The position numbers and the translations under genes are program-made. Of a stretch of 20,000 nt of DNA, positions 5,488 to 13,747 are shown in pieces; position 1 is the stretch's first letter, and each line of letters begins with the position of its first letter. Under the pieces are notes generated by a model. The model saw nothing but the letters and a program-made list of their open reading frames with translations, did not search any database and had not been told where the DNA came from. Source of the DNA: an uncultured virus (IMG/VR IMGVR_UViG_3300005611_000020) (Duplodnaviria > Heunggongvirae > Uroviricota > Caudoviricetes); the IMG/VR virus record IMGVR_UViG_3300005611_000020; one strand, 5' to 3'.

Positions 5488-7096
5488 CCTTCTTTCTTGC
5501 TGGATAGCGTAGACAGTAAACAGCTAAGGCTAATGAGTCTGCTTCGTCTGGAGAATGACCAATCAACTCTACAAGAGTTGTAGCTTTGCTGTTTGGGTTT
5601 GGTTTGTTTTTTGGTGGTAGGTAAAGGCGTCCCTCTGAGTCTTCCAATCTTGGAATAGGTCTCAGTTGGTCATAGAGGGACTTTCGATCTTCTCTCGATT
5701 GTGTGTGAAGTATCTTGTGAGATATTGCAAACTCTTCAGAAGCTATCAGTTGAGAAAGGATTCCGTACATTTGAGCACGGCGATTCTTGTAGGAGTATTT
5801 CTCTTCTTGGGCTTCTCGTGATTTCTTCTTTGATCGAAGGTTACTGTTCTCATTTTTGACGCCTTCGCCAAAGCCAACAGTTCGAACATTGTAACCTTCT
5901 TCTCGGAGTCTATCAGCGTGCTGTTTTCCACCACCACCACGGTCGAAAGCAACATCAGCAGGGTTCGCTTTGTATTTGTTGATGAGGCTTATTGTTTCAT
6001 GAACAATCTTTGAAGTGTCTGGTGTTCTTTTTGAGATGACTTCAATAACGCCTGAGCTGTTAATAACAGTCCAGCTTGTATTGTCACCACCTTCGGCTGG
6101 GTCAACTCCAATGGCAATCTTTCCTGAGGAAGATGGTGAAGGGAGTTCTGTTACCTTGTGAAGTGCTTCGCGAGGGAATAGGAATAAGTCTTCACCTTCC
6201 CAAAACTCTGCCCATAACTGAATCGTCTTTTGTTTCTCATCATACGTTTTGAGTTGCCGCCGATAAGTAGGCCAGTCTTTGACACCAGGGATGATAACTT
6301 TGTTGCTGGGTTCTTTTCCCTCTTCAATTTCCTTCAGAGCGAATTGTATATTGGGAGACTGTTCTGCTCGAATGCGTATCGTTTTTTTGTGGTAGCCTTT
6401 TCCAGACGGTCTCAATATGTCTGGAGATTCGACACCACGATAGAAGAAGTTGGTTGTGGTGTAGCAGTTACCAATGACAATTCTTCGATGTGCCCATGTC
6501 TCTGACTTATCATATGGCTCATCTTCCATACCTGAGCCTTCATCGACAGCCAGAAGAGTTACGGGAATTCCAATCTCACCCATCCGTTTGTAGTAAGCAG
6601 CCGACTCACTGTCATCAGTAACACGAGGTAAGTGACGACCAAGTAAGGCTTCACCTTTACTGACTGCCTGGCCTCTACACTCGCCACCTTCAATGATTGA
6701 TCCATCATTTCTTATTTGACGGACCAGCATGTGAGTTGATTTCAGGGGGAGAGGTACTTTTGAGGCTCTGATCAACTTTCTTAATTCACCCCAGAGAACA
6801 TCATCAAGTTGAGAGAATTGAGGGGATGTTGCTAACACTCTAGAAGGTCTTGTTCTCATCTCCCACCATATAATTGTGAGAGCCAGTATAAAGTCTTTCC
6901 CCATCTGGTTAGCAGCAGGGACGAATGTCTCCTCGTTGTCTCTGACTGAGCAGATGATTTCTCTTTGCTCTTTGTATAGAGTCACATGAGGCCAACATCT
7001 TTTGATGAAGCCTAAAGGGTTATTGACAATCTTGTGGCTTACTTTAGGGATAACACTAAGAGGAGCCAGGTTAGGTGGTTGAAGAGTTAAGGTCAT
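5471..7096 (-). CDS. terL: Terminase large subunit
   Basis: Q motif (LYKEQREI), Walker A-like AANQMGKD, Walker B LLAVDEG, coupling motif IGN, and RNase H-like nuclease IGVDPAEGGD...FD...SPDEADSLALA. Confidence 0.9.
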   Translation of the reverse strand: MTLTLQPPNLAPLSVIPKVSHKIVNNPLGFIKRCWPHVTLYKEQREIICSVRDNEETFVPAANQMGKDFILALTIIWWEMRTRPSRVLATSPQFSQLDDVLWGELRKLIRASKVPLPLKSTHMLVRQIRNDGSIIEGGECRGQAVSKGEALLGRHLPRVTDDSESAAYYKRMGEIGIPVTLLAVDEGSGMEDEPYDKSETWAHRRIVIGNCYTTTNFFYRGVESPDILRPSGKGYHKKTIRIRAEQSPNIQFALKEIEEGKEPSNKVIIPGVKDWPTYRRQLKTYDEKQKTIQLWAEFWEGEDLFLFPREALHKVTELPSPSSSGKIAIGVDPAEGGDNTSWTVINSSGVIEVISKRTPDTSKIVHETISLINKYKANPADVAFDRGGGGKQHADRLREEGYNVRTVGFGEGVKNENSNLRSKKKSREAQEEKYSYKNRRAQMYGILSQLIASEEFAISHKILHTQSREDRKSLYDQLRPIPRLEDSEGRLYLPPKNKPNPNSKATTLVELIGHSPDEADSLALAVYCLRYPARKKGGAIV

Positions 7097-7692
7097 TCGT
7101 TATTCTCAAGCCTCTTCATCTCTTGTGAAGCTCCACTATCCTCTGCTTCATCATAAAGAGCATCCCAATCGAGCGATTTGTCTTCCAGTTCACTTGCATC
7201 AATCTTACTGTCAAAGTGCTTCATTGCTGTTGAAATTGCTCCACCCTTTGACACCAGTTTAATTTTTGTTTCTATTTCTTCTGCGTAGTCTCCATCCCCT
7301 GTTGGGATTCTTCTTACCCGTTGCTCGATGCCGTCAAGAGCTGCTTTGGCTCTATCATTCCATTGATCATGAGGGAGAAGTCTCCCGTTAGCATCAAGGA
7401 AATCATCAGAGGTTCTGGTGACACAATGTTTGAGCTGTACCAGAACCTCTGCTTGATTTAATTCGGCTCGCTCAAGTCCTCTTCGTTTAAGCACTCCGAT
7501 TGCTTTGGCTACTTTGCCATCAGATAGTAATTGACAGGCTTTGACTCTGGCAGTTTTGGGACTGTACCCAGCATCAAGAGCTGCTTGTTGACCATCCAAA
7601 CTGACAATGTAGCTTTCAACAAATCGAAGTTGCCTATCTGTCAGATCGTCAAGACCTGCTCCAGCATAAGACTTGAGAGGCACCTTTGCCAT
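7093..7692 (-). CDS. terS: Terminase small subunit
   Basis: LTDRQLRFVESY..SLDGQQAALDAGYSPKTA...ACQLL is the Terminase_2-type HTH. 4-nt overlap with terL. Confidence 0.9.
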   Translation of the reverse strand: MAKVPLKSYAGAGLDDLTDRQLRFVESYIVSLDGQQAALDAGYSPKTARVKACQLLSDGKVAKAIGVLKRRGLERAELNQAEVLVQLKHCVTRTSDDFLDANGRLLPHDQWNDRAKAALDGIEQRVRRIPTGDGDYAEEIETKIKLVSKGGAISTAMKHFDSKIDASELEDKSLDWDALYDEAEDSGASQEMKRLENNE

Positions 7693-7976
7693 TAGTAGTC
7701 GTCCCCTTCTACAGTGTCATTTTCCAAGTCAACTTCTTGAACAGGGTCCGAGTCGAGATTACCCGGAATAGTTACTTCAAATGTTTTTGATGCTGATGAT
7801 CCTAGTGAGGTTACCTCATAAGCTTTGGCGTCTGACTTGTTAATTGTGACCTGTAACTTTTTAAGCTCTTTGATTGCCTCTCTGATTACATCAGCGTTGT
7901 AGCCATTCATTGACCGTCTAACGATTGGTTCAATTTGTTCCAGCTTTTCGATGATCGTCATCATTTCTTCAAACAC
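7692..7976 (-). CDS. Hypothetical protein with acidic C-terminus
   Basis: 94-aa ORF whose stop overlaps the terS start by 1 nt. The exact start codon is uncertain. Confidence 0.65.
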   Translation of the reverse strand: MFEEMMTIIEKLEQIEPIVRRSMNGYNADVIREAIKELKKLQVTINKSDAKAYEVTSLGSSASKTFEVTIPGNLDSDPVQEVDLENDTVEGDDY

Positions 7977-8049
7977 CTCTTACAAAGACTGATTGACACG
8001 TTACGACTGGATTGTTTACCAGTCACAGAATTTCCTTTACATAAAAGAC

Positions 8050-8256
8050 CTACTGATTTAATAAGCATTTCAAGTTCTTTCTCTTTGTCGTGTCTACCCA
8101 TTCTGCATCTTCAATTACATCTGGATAGATTTTCCCGTTGACATAAGACTTTCTTGGATATCGATGTGATCCGTCTCCTCGAAAGCCCTCACTCTGACTG
8201 ATTCTTCCAGCCGTCAATTTTCCACAGATAACACATTTGAATCTAGTTTTTATCAT
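8050..8256 (-). CDS. Small hypothetical protein with CxxC
   Basis: 68 aa, FKCVICGK. ATGA overlap with the upstream ATPase stop. Confidence 0.6.
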   Translation of the reverse strand: MIKTRFKCVICGKLTAGRISQSEGFRGDGSHRYPRKSYVNGKIYPDVIEDAEWVDTTKRKNLKCLLNQ

Positions 8257-9626
8257 TCCATCACTTCCTCATAGAGTCTTGTGAGTTGGTCTGTCAGTTT
8301 CCATTTCACCTTTCTTGTGTGTCTGCCGTCTGATTTTCCTTTGCTGACAGCTTCGAAAGGCTCGACTACTTTAATCTTCCGAAGGAATCGAAGTAAACCG
8401 CGAACGTCAGAGTCTCGGATTGTTGTCAACTTGGCAAGCACAGAAGGTTCAATCCCTTCTTCCCCATGTTCATACATCACATGAGTCATTTCCATTACTG
8501 GACCTCTGGCAGTATCAAGAGCCACTCGTCTTGTTCTCTTGAGAATATCATCATCGACCTCAGAGCGGTTAAAAACAACCCCGAGACAATTAGCCAGTCT
8601 GATGAATTGAGAAGCCAGGCGATAAGCACATTCTCTTTCAGCATCAACTGTCTGCATTGTTGATGGTCTGGCTCGCATATAAGCAACCAGTTTGGCGAAT
8701 CGAGCACATCGATTGAGTCTCTTTTCAGAGAATTCACAACTCTTGAGAAGTGATGTTGCATTTCTTCTCAGATAGTCAATGTAACCGCCAGTGAGAGCCT
8801 TTGCTCGTAGCATATCCGGGTGGTCTTGAGACTCTAAAGCGTCTCCCGATTCAAGACATAGATTAGCTCTTGCCTTCTTTGCTACTCGTTGAAGAACGGC
8901 ATCTTCCATGTCATCACAGATACCATCCATCATCACGCAATCGAGAAATCTTTCACCTAATTCTGAGCTGTCTAAGGCCCTTAGTGAGGATGTTCCACAC
9001 AGCAGAATTGTGCATCTGATTCCAGTGTAATCCCGACTGTTTTTGTTTCGGTAGCTGGTACGTGAAACTGTGTCATATATGTCCCGTGCTTCACTGAGGA
9101 TTTGGGATAGGTTAGGGGACTGAAGCAGAGTATCTCCGTCTTTGATGATAAGAGTTTTTCCGTTGAGGCGTGAAACAAGCGAATGATCTTCGTCCCCGTC
9201 TCCAAAGCCAGAGTGGAAACCACGTATCGTTGATTTGGCCATAACATATTTTGTGTTTGCACTGAGAGCCTCACATAGAGTTGATTTACCTGATGCGGCA
9301 GGTGCCAGCACCTTTACCCATAACTGATCACCAAGTGATAATGTCGAAGTGATAGAAGCCAGCATGACTGAGAGAGCGTGGTCTAATCCTTCAGTCCATT
9401 GCATTGCTTCTTCCCATGCGTTGAGAAGACTGGAGTAGTTCTCACACTCAATCAAATCAATTTTATTGACTGATGATTCACTCCCCTCTTTAATCCACTC
9501 TTCAGGTGGTTCAACAACAAATTGCCAGAGCGTTTCTAGTCGTCTCAATCGATCATTCAATTCCCCTTGGTCAATGTCAGTAATATCTAGAGAAGGTTTC
9601 TTTTTTCTCTTCACAATCTTAGGCAC
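8253..9626 (-). CDS. AAA+ ATPase, probable MCM-like replicative helicase with C-terminal winged helix
   Basis: Walker A APAASGKST, deviant Walker B LIIKDGD, sensor 1 LCGT, Arg finger LGERFL, sensor-2-like RECAYRLA, C-terminal HTH-like segment. Overlaps the primase stop. Confidence 0.7.
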   Translation of the reverse strand: MPKIVKRKKKPSLDITDIDQGELNDRLRRLETLWQFVVEPPEEWIKEGSESSVNKIDLIECENYSSLLNAWEEAMQWTEGLDHALSVMLASITSTLSLGDQLWVKVLAPAASGKSTLCEALSANTKYVMAKSTIRGFHSGFGDGDEDHSLVSRLNGKTLIIKDGDTLLQSPNLSQILSEARDIYDTVSRTSYRNKNSRDYTGIRCTILLCGTSSLRALDSSELGERFLDCVMMDGICDDMEDAVLQRVAKKARANLCLESGDALESQDHPDMLRAKALTGGYIDYLRRNATSLLKSCEFSEKRLNRCARFAKLVAYMRARPSTMQTVDAERECAYRLASQFIRLANCLGVVFNRSEVDDDILKRTRRVALDTARGPVMEMTHVMYEHGEEGIEPSVLAKLTTIRDSDVRGLLRFLRKIKVVEPFEAVSKGKSDGRHTRKVKWKLTDQLTRLYEEVME

Positions 9627-10506
9627 TAACTTCTGCTCCTGTTAGGTAATCGCGAACATCACAACCATCTGGTAGCAGTGGGTTGTACCCTTCTGGTCCC
9701 CATTGGAGTATGTCAACTGACTCTGGTGGTTTGTTACTTCCCCTCAGTTTAGACACGATGGATTGTAAACCCTTCCATCCAGCTTGTTGAACTTGGCCTG
9801 TATTTTCATTAGTAATAGGGTGGTCATTATCAAATACAACAACCACCCTCTTTCCTGAGAAGAGGGGGAGCCAATTGTCTCGCATGATATTGCATCCGGG
9901 TAATCCAAGAACACTCACTTCGGATTTCTTTGGAGTCTTGAAGTCGTGGTTTTTGTCATACTCCAGACACTCCCACAAAGCCATCGAATCCCAGATGCCT
10001 TCGCAAAGAACGATTGTTGATTTCTTGTAAGTAACATCACCAAATATGCCGTGTGAAAATGTTGGCGTTGCCAGTAGTCGTCTCTTACCTTTGATGTTTC
10101 GGTAAGCATACAACTGGCAGAGTTTACCTTCTTCGTTGTAGGCAGGAACAACCCATTCGTTTTTCAGGTAAGACCAGCGAACTCCCCAAGTAACAAGAGT
10201 TTTTGGCGACAGCAGATTTCTATCGATTCTCAAGTCTTCATGTGAGGGAATCAGATTTGAATTGAGAGCGTCGTAATAATGTCTGATGAACTCAATCCCA
10301 TTGCCATGAACTCCACAGACTTTACAGTCAAATTTGCTTGTTGTTGTGTTGACCGAGAACTTTCCTTCTTTATGGCAAAAAGGACATTCATCAGCAACAC
10401 ATTCTTTGTTGTTGCCTTTCCAGTCCAAATCTACCCCATGAAACAAGAAGGGCTTCAACCCTTCAGGAATATCTTCGGTTTTCTCAGTCTTCTTTTTGTA
10501 AGCCAA
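9619..10506 (-). CDS. Phage primase (Zn finger plus TOPRIM)
   Basis: CPFC...FDCKVCG zinc-binding domain, then TOPRIM motifs VLCEGIWDSMAL and VVFDND, and a C-terminal DVRDYL. Confidence 0.85.
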   Translation of the reverse strand: MAYKKKTEKTEDIPEGLKPFLFHGVDLDWKGNNKECVADECPFCHKEGKFSVNTTTSKFDCKVCGVHGNGIEFIRHYYDALNSNLIPSHEDLRIDRNLLSPKTLVTWGVRWSYLKNEWVVPAYNEEGKLCQLYAYRNIKGKRRLLATPTFSHGIFGDVTYKKSTIVLCEGIWDSMALWECLEYDKNHDFKTPKKSEVSVLGLPGCNIMRDNWLPLFSGKRVVVVFDNDHPITNENTGQVQQAGWKGLQSIVSKLRGSNKPPESVDILQWGPEGYNPLLPDGCDVRDYLTGAEVSA

Positions 10507-11131
10507 TTAAATAGTCTCCCCATTGTTGTGCCATTGCTTGAGCAATGCCTTTGTAAGTGCGGCCACGTTCTTTTGATCGTTCAGGACTTGGTCCTAACCT
10601 GTTTTGCCCTGAGTCTGTTTGATTAGCCCATCGCTCTTTTCCATCAACTATTCTCCCTTTCACTCTCTTTGTTGGTTTCAGTTTGGGTAGACCTCTTAAC
10701 CATAACCCAGTCTTCTTGCTGGCGTCTTCACCAAATTCATAAGGCTGGACGTATTGAGGTTTTGGCATGGATGGAATTCTAGAGTTAATACAACCTACAG
10801 GATTCTCCATACACAGATGCTTTGCATTACAGTTCCAAATGAATTGGATGAATTCCAGAGAGTCTTTTGTCTTTTCTTCTCTCTCTGGAATCCTTTTATT
10901 CCAGTGTAATCCTGAAACTGTGAGATAGGTACAAGGTGGATGAGCTATCACTAAATCCCATCCCTCATTGATCACTTCTCGGATGTCACATTGTAAATGG
11001 TAGAGGGAAGGAATCTCTGAAGGCATTACATCACAAGACCAGGCATTCAACTTTCTTGCCCTGAATGCTTCTCTAACAACTCCAGAGAATTCACAAGCAA
11101 CAAGTATCTTGGGTCTTTTTCTGTAAGCCAT
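10484..11131 (-). CDS. Phage DNA cytosine-5 methyltransferase-like protein
   Basis: ILVACEFSGVVREAF (motif I variant), AHPPCTYL (catalytic PC), MENPVG (motif VI), KKTGLWL, GIAQAMAQQWG. Confidence 0.8.
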   Translation of the reverse strand: MAYRKRPKILVACEFSGVVREAFRARKLNAWSCDVMPSEIPSLYHLQCDIREVINEGWDLVIAHPPCTYLTVSGLHWNKRIPEREEKTKDSLEFIQFIWNCNAKHLCMENPVGCINSRIPSMPKPQYVQPYEFGEDASKKTGLWLRGLPKLKPTKRVKGRIVDGKERWANQTDSGQNRLGPSPERSKERGRTYKGIAQAMAQQWGDYLIGLQKED

Positions 11132-11893
11132 TCAGTCTTGACCTCTTTCCAAAAATGCAATTCTTCGTTGTTCAATCATATTGAGAGCTTGTTTTCTATC
11201 TTGACCATCAAGCATATCAGCAATGTCTTTTGCTACTTGAAGTCCTTCTTCAAAACCGTTTAAGTGGGTGAAGGTTGTTTCTTTTTCTTCAACGGGACCA
11301 CTGATCAACTTGATGAGGTTCATGGAATTAATAGAATCTTTTGTGAGACCAAAGTAGCCATCGACAGAATAGTTACGATACTTACCATCCTCATTGATAG
11401 CTTCAATAGGCTGAGGTATGTCATTATATACCATGCTAGAAGTGACGCTAGTAATCTGAAGCTTATCACCGTTAACATTTTCCCACACTTGACCGACTTT
11501 GAACTTACACTCAGCAGTTTTCTCTTGAGTAACAGCTTCCATTTCAGATTTCCTGTCTCTGTTTTCTTCTTTAGCCAGTTCTTTATCAAACTTTTCAGGG
11601 AATCTCTTTTGCAGTTTTCTGATATTGGATTCCATGCAATCACTCATTTGAATTTCAAGAGTGTTACATATCAGAGCAACGTACCAAAGCAAATCGCCTA
11701 TCTCTTCTTTGAGGTTATCTTCATCGAGAGGTTGAGAATAATACAACCACCTCTTGAGAGTGTCTGCTATTTCTCCTGACTCACTGGTTAGTCCTAGTAT
11801 TCCATGAATCAATCGAGATTTGCCATATCCTTCAATTCCCTCAATCATTGATTCAGTTCGACTAGCTTCGATTTGGTATTGTTCTGGTGTCAT
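11132..11893 (-). CDS. MazG-like nucleoside triphosphate pyrophosphohydrolase with C-terminal extension
   Basis: GLTSESGEIAD..K and EEIGDLLWY (EXXE...EXXD), NIRKLQKRFP. The likely start is ATG 11893, which overlaps the thyX TGA (ATGA). Confidence 0.85.
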   Translation of the reverse strand: MTPEQYQIEASRTESMIEGIEGYGKSRLIHGILGLTSESGEIADTLKRWLYYSQPLDEDNLKEEIGDLLWYVALICNTLEIQMSDCMESNIRKLQKRFPEKFDKELAKEENRDRKSEMEAVTQEKTAECKFKVGQVWENVNGDKLQITSVTSSMVYNDIPQPIEAINEDGKYRNYSVDGYFGLTKDSINSMNLIKLISGPVEEKETTFTHLNGFEEGLQVAKDIADMLDGQDRKQALNMIEQRRIAFLERGQD

Positions 11894-12789
11894 TGGATAA
11901 TCCCCATTTTCTGGAGTTTGGTAATACACTCTTTACGTTCTCGTTTGTTGGTGAAGTGTTTCAATTGTTCCTCTTCAACTACCCCTTCGTCTCTACAATA
12001 AGCTGACTTCATCATTTCTTGAATTGTTTTGATATCCAAGCCAGTCAGAAACATTCCATTCAATCGGTAGTCAGTAAAAGCTTCCCATGTCATTGGAAAG
12101 AGCTTGGAAACAATCTCATCACCAATGATAGTAGCATAATCTCTGATTTCTTTTTGAGCGTGCGAATCCATCCTGAGAGAAAGGAAGTGGAGTAGGTTGT
12201 GCAGATCAATTTTCCAGTAGGCTTCGGTGTAGGTTGAGAGTGGTAAGTCTTTTCTCGCCTGTTCTCTGGCAACTCCAGATTTCAACCTTTCCTGATATAC
12301 TTCTTCTGATCTTTGAAGTAGTCCATTCTCCCTGGCTGTTAGATATTCGCCAGGATGTTGGTATCCTGGTATTACGTTTCCATCAGGCCATTCCAAGTTG
12401 CCAAACTCGCTTCCCTGTTTGTTGTTACCTGACTGCAATCTCCACCCATCAGGTTCAGTTCTTTGTTGAGAGTCAATTGCTTCAGAGTATCGAGTTGAGT
12501 ATTCGTTCACGTTGGCTGTTCGATGGCGAATCCATTGCCGCCAGCAATCCATTGGAACTCTGACCCTGAATTTCAGTTCTGCCATTTCAAATGGGGTAGT
12601 GTGTCGATGTCTCATCAGGTATCTGATCAGAGTCCTGTCGTCAGAAGGTGTTTTTGTGCCTTCCCCATAACTGACTCTTGCGGCTTGCACAATTGATGAA
12701 TCATCTCCCATAACATCAACAAGACATACATGCCCATCATTCAAGACAGAAAATTTCTTCCACTTCAATTCATTGATAATATCACTCAT
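11890..12789 (-). CDS. thyX: Flavin-dependent thymidylate synthase
   Basis: AARVSY, HTTPFE, RQWIRHRTANVNEYSTRY (RHRx7S motif), LRMDSHAQKEIR. Confidence 0.95.
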   Translation of the reverse strand: MSDIINELKWKKFSVLNDGHVCLVDVMGDDSSIVQAARVSYGEGTKTPSDDRTLIRYLMRHRHTTPFEMAELKFRVRVPMDCWRQWIRHRTANVNEYSTRYSEAIDSQQRTEPDGWRLQSGNNKQGSEFGNLEWPDGNVIPGYQHPGEYLTARENGLLQRSEEVYQERLKSGVAREQARKDLPLSTYTEAYWKIDLHNLLHFLSLRMDSHAQKEIRDYATIIGDEIVSKLFPMTWEAFTDYRLNGMFLTGLDIKTIQEMMKSAYCRDEGVVEEEQLKHFTNKRERKECITKLQKMGIIQ

Positions 12790-13031
12790 TCTGAAACCCT
12801 TCCTTCCTCAAGTTGAATCGCTCGCAACACAGCGTCACGAGTCTCTCGTAAATCTTGGAGACAATCTCCCTTTCCACGTAATCCAGCACAGAGCAGTTTT
12901 TTGACGGCATGTGCTCTGGCAGGACAAATCACCTCAAAAGCTACCAGCACATCATAGACGTCGATCTGGATTTTCGCTCCGTCTTTCTCGATTCGTCTCA
13001 GATATTTGTTCCCGGAATGACTCTCTGACAT
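12786..13031 (-). CDS. Conserved phage hypothetical protein (DUF3310-like)
   Basis: IDVYDVL.AF.V.CPA..HAVKKLLCAGLRGKGD..QDL.E is a pattern recognised from small phage proteins found near nucleotide-metabolism genes. GGGAG RBS and ATGA overlap with thyX. Confidence 0.7.
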   Translation of the reverse strand: MSESHSGNKYLRRIEKDGAKIQIDVYDVLVAFEVICPARAHAVKKLLCAGLRGKGDCLQDLRETRDAVLRAIQLEEGRVSE

Positions 13032-13156
13032 CTGTTTCTCCCGATTTCTGACTGAAAACTGACATCTCTAACAGGCGGCAGGATAACAAATTCCCTGCAT
13101 CAGAAAGACTTCTTTGATTTTTTCTGAAATTCTTTTCGATTTCTGTCTCGAAAGTC

Positions 13157-13184
13157 TTTACAGAACTCCGATAGACCTTATAGT
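13157..13184 (+). promoter_or_regulatory. Putative sigma70-type promoter for the plus-strand island
   Basis: TTTACA (13157-13162), 16-nt spacer, TATAGT (13179-13184), with AT-rich DNA upstream. It precedes AAGGAG RBS (13225-13230) and ATG 13238. Confidence 0.55.
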
Positions 13185-13237
13185 GGTTCTCATCAGACAC
13201 GGAAACGACAACTCACCCAACTTCAAGGAGATTCAAA

Positions 13238-13426
13238 ATGGCTACTGAAAAACAAGTCAATTATGCAATGGCACTACTGGACAAAGCTGGATACTCCACT
13301 AAGTGGATGGACGCCAGTTTCAAAAAATTGGGAGCCAGTATGAGAAAAAGGTCGGGAAAAGTCAGGGAATGGCTTGAAAATATGGAAAAAACAGAAATCA
13401 GTAATCTGATTGATCAATTGAAATAG
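13238..13426 (+). CDS. Small phage protein (ATEKQ..Y...L / EIS.LID.L helical motif)
   Basis: 62 aa with a strong AAGGAG RBS. Confidence 0.75.
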   Translation: MATEKQVNYAMALLDKAGYSTKWMDASFKKLGASMRKRSGKVREWLENMEKTEISNLIDQLK

Positions 13427-13462
13427 TGACTGTTAATCCAGGAAAAGCAGGAGATTAAAACG

Positions 13463-13678
13463 ATGACAACTCTTGAAATCAGGCAATGGGAGATTGACAG
13501 GATGATTGGTAATACTGAGACGACAGTAATCGGACGCAACGGATACGAATACGACGCACAGCACATTAGCGGCAACCTGTTCATCGTTGGCAAGTTTATT
13601 GTCCGAGTGACTGAAGGCAAATGTGAAAAAACCATCTGCCGAGCAACAAAGGCCAACGTCAAAAGGCTGGCAAAATAA
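13463..13678 (+). CDS. Small hypothetical protein
   Basis: 71 aa with a CAGGAG RBS, followed by a terminator-like hairpin. Confidence 0.7.
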   Translation: MTTLEIRQWEIDRMIGNTETTVIGRNGYEYDAQHISGNLFIVGKFIVRVTEGKCEKTICRATKANVKRLAK

Positions 13679-13689
13679 TTAAGCAACTG

Positions 13690-13724
13690 CCTGCCTTGAA
13701 TGTTTCAGGGCAGGTTCTTTTTTT
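13690..13724 (+). terminator. Intrinsic terminator
   Basis: Stem CCTGCCTTGAA / TTCAGGGCAGG (11 bp, one G-U pair), 3-nt loop, then TTCTTTTTTT. Confidence 0.75.
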
Positions 13725-13747
13725 CTTTTCAATGGGAGAGTGCTGAA

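Noticed and set aside
5471..7096. Possible intein or intron in terL, polymerase or helicase
   Set aside because: No Hint motifs, and conserved motifs are normally spaced. Only a short insertion before Walker B in TerL.
11264..11779. 171-aa plus-strand ORF antisense to the MazG-like gene
   Set aside because: Its Phe/Ile-rich composition is typical of an antisense read. No domain, RBS or boundary coincidence, unlike the intein case.
12952..13200. 82-aa minus-strand ORF
   Set aside because: It overlaps the DUF3310-like gene by 80 nt and spans the AT-rich divergent promoter region, so it is probably non-coding.
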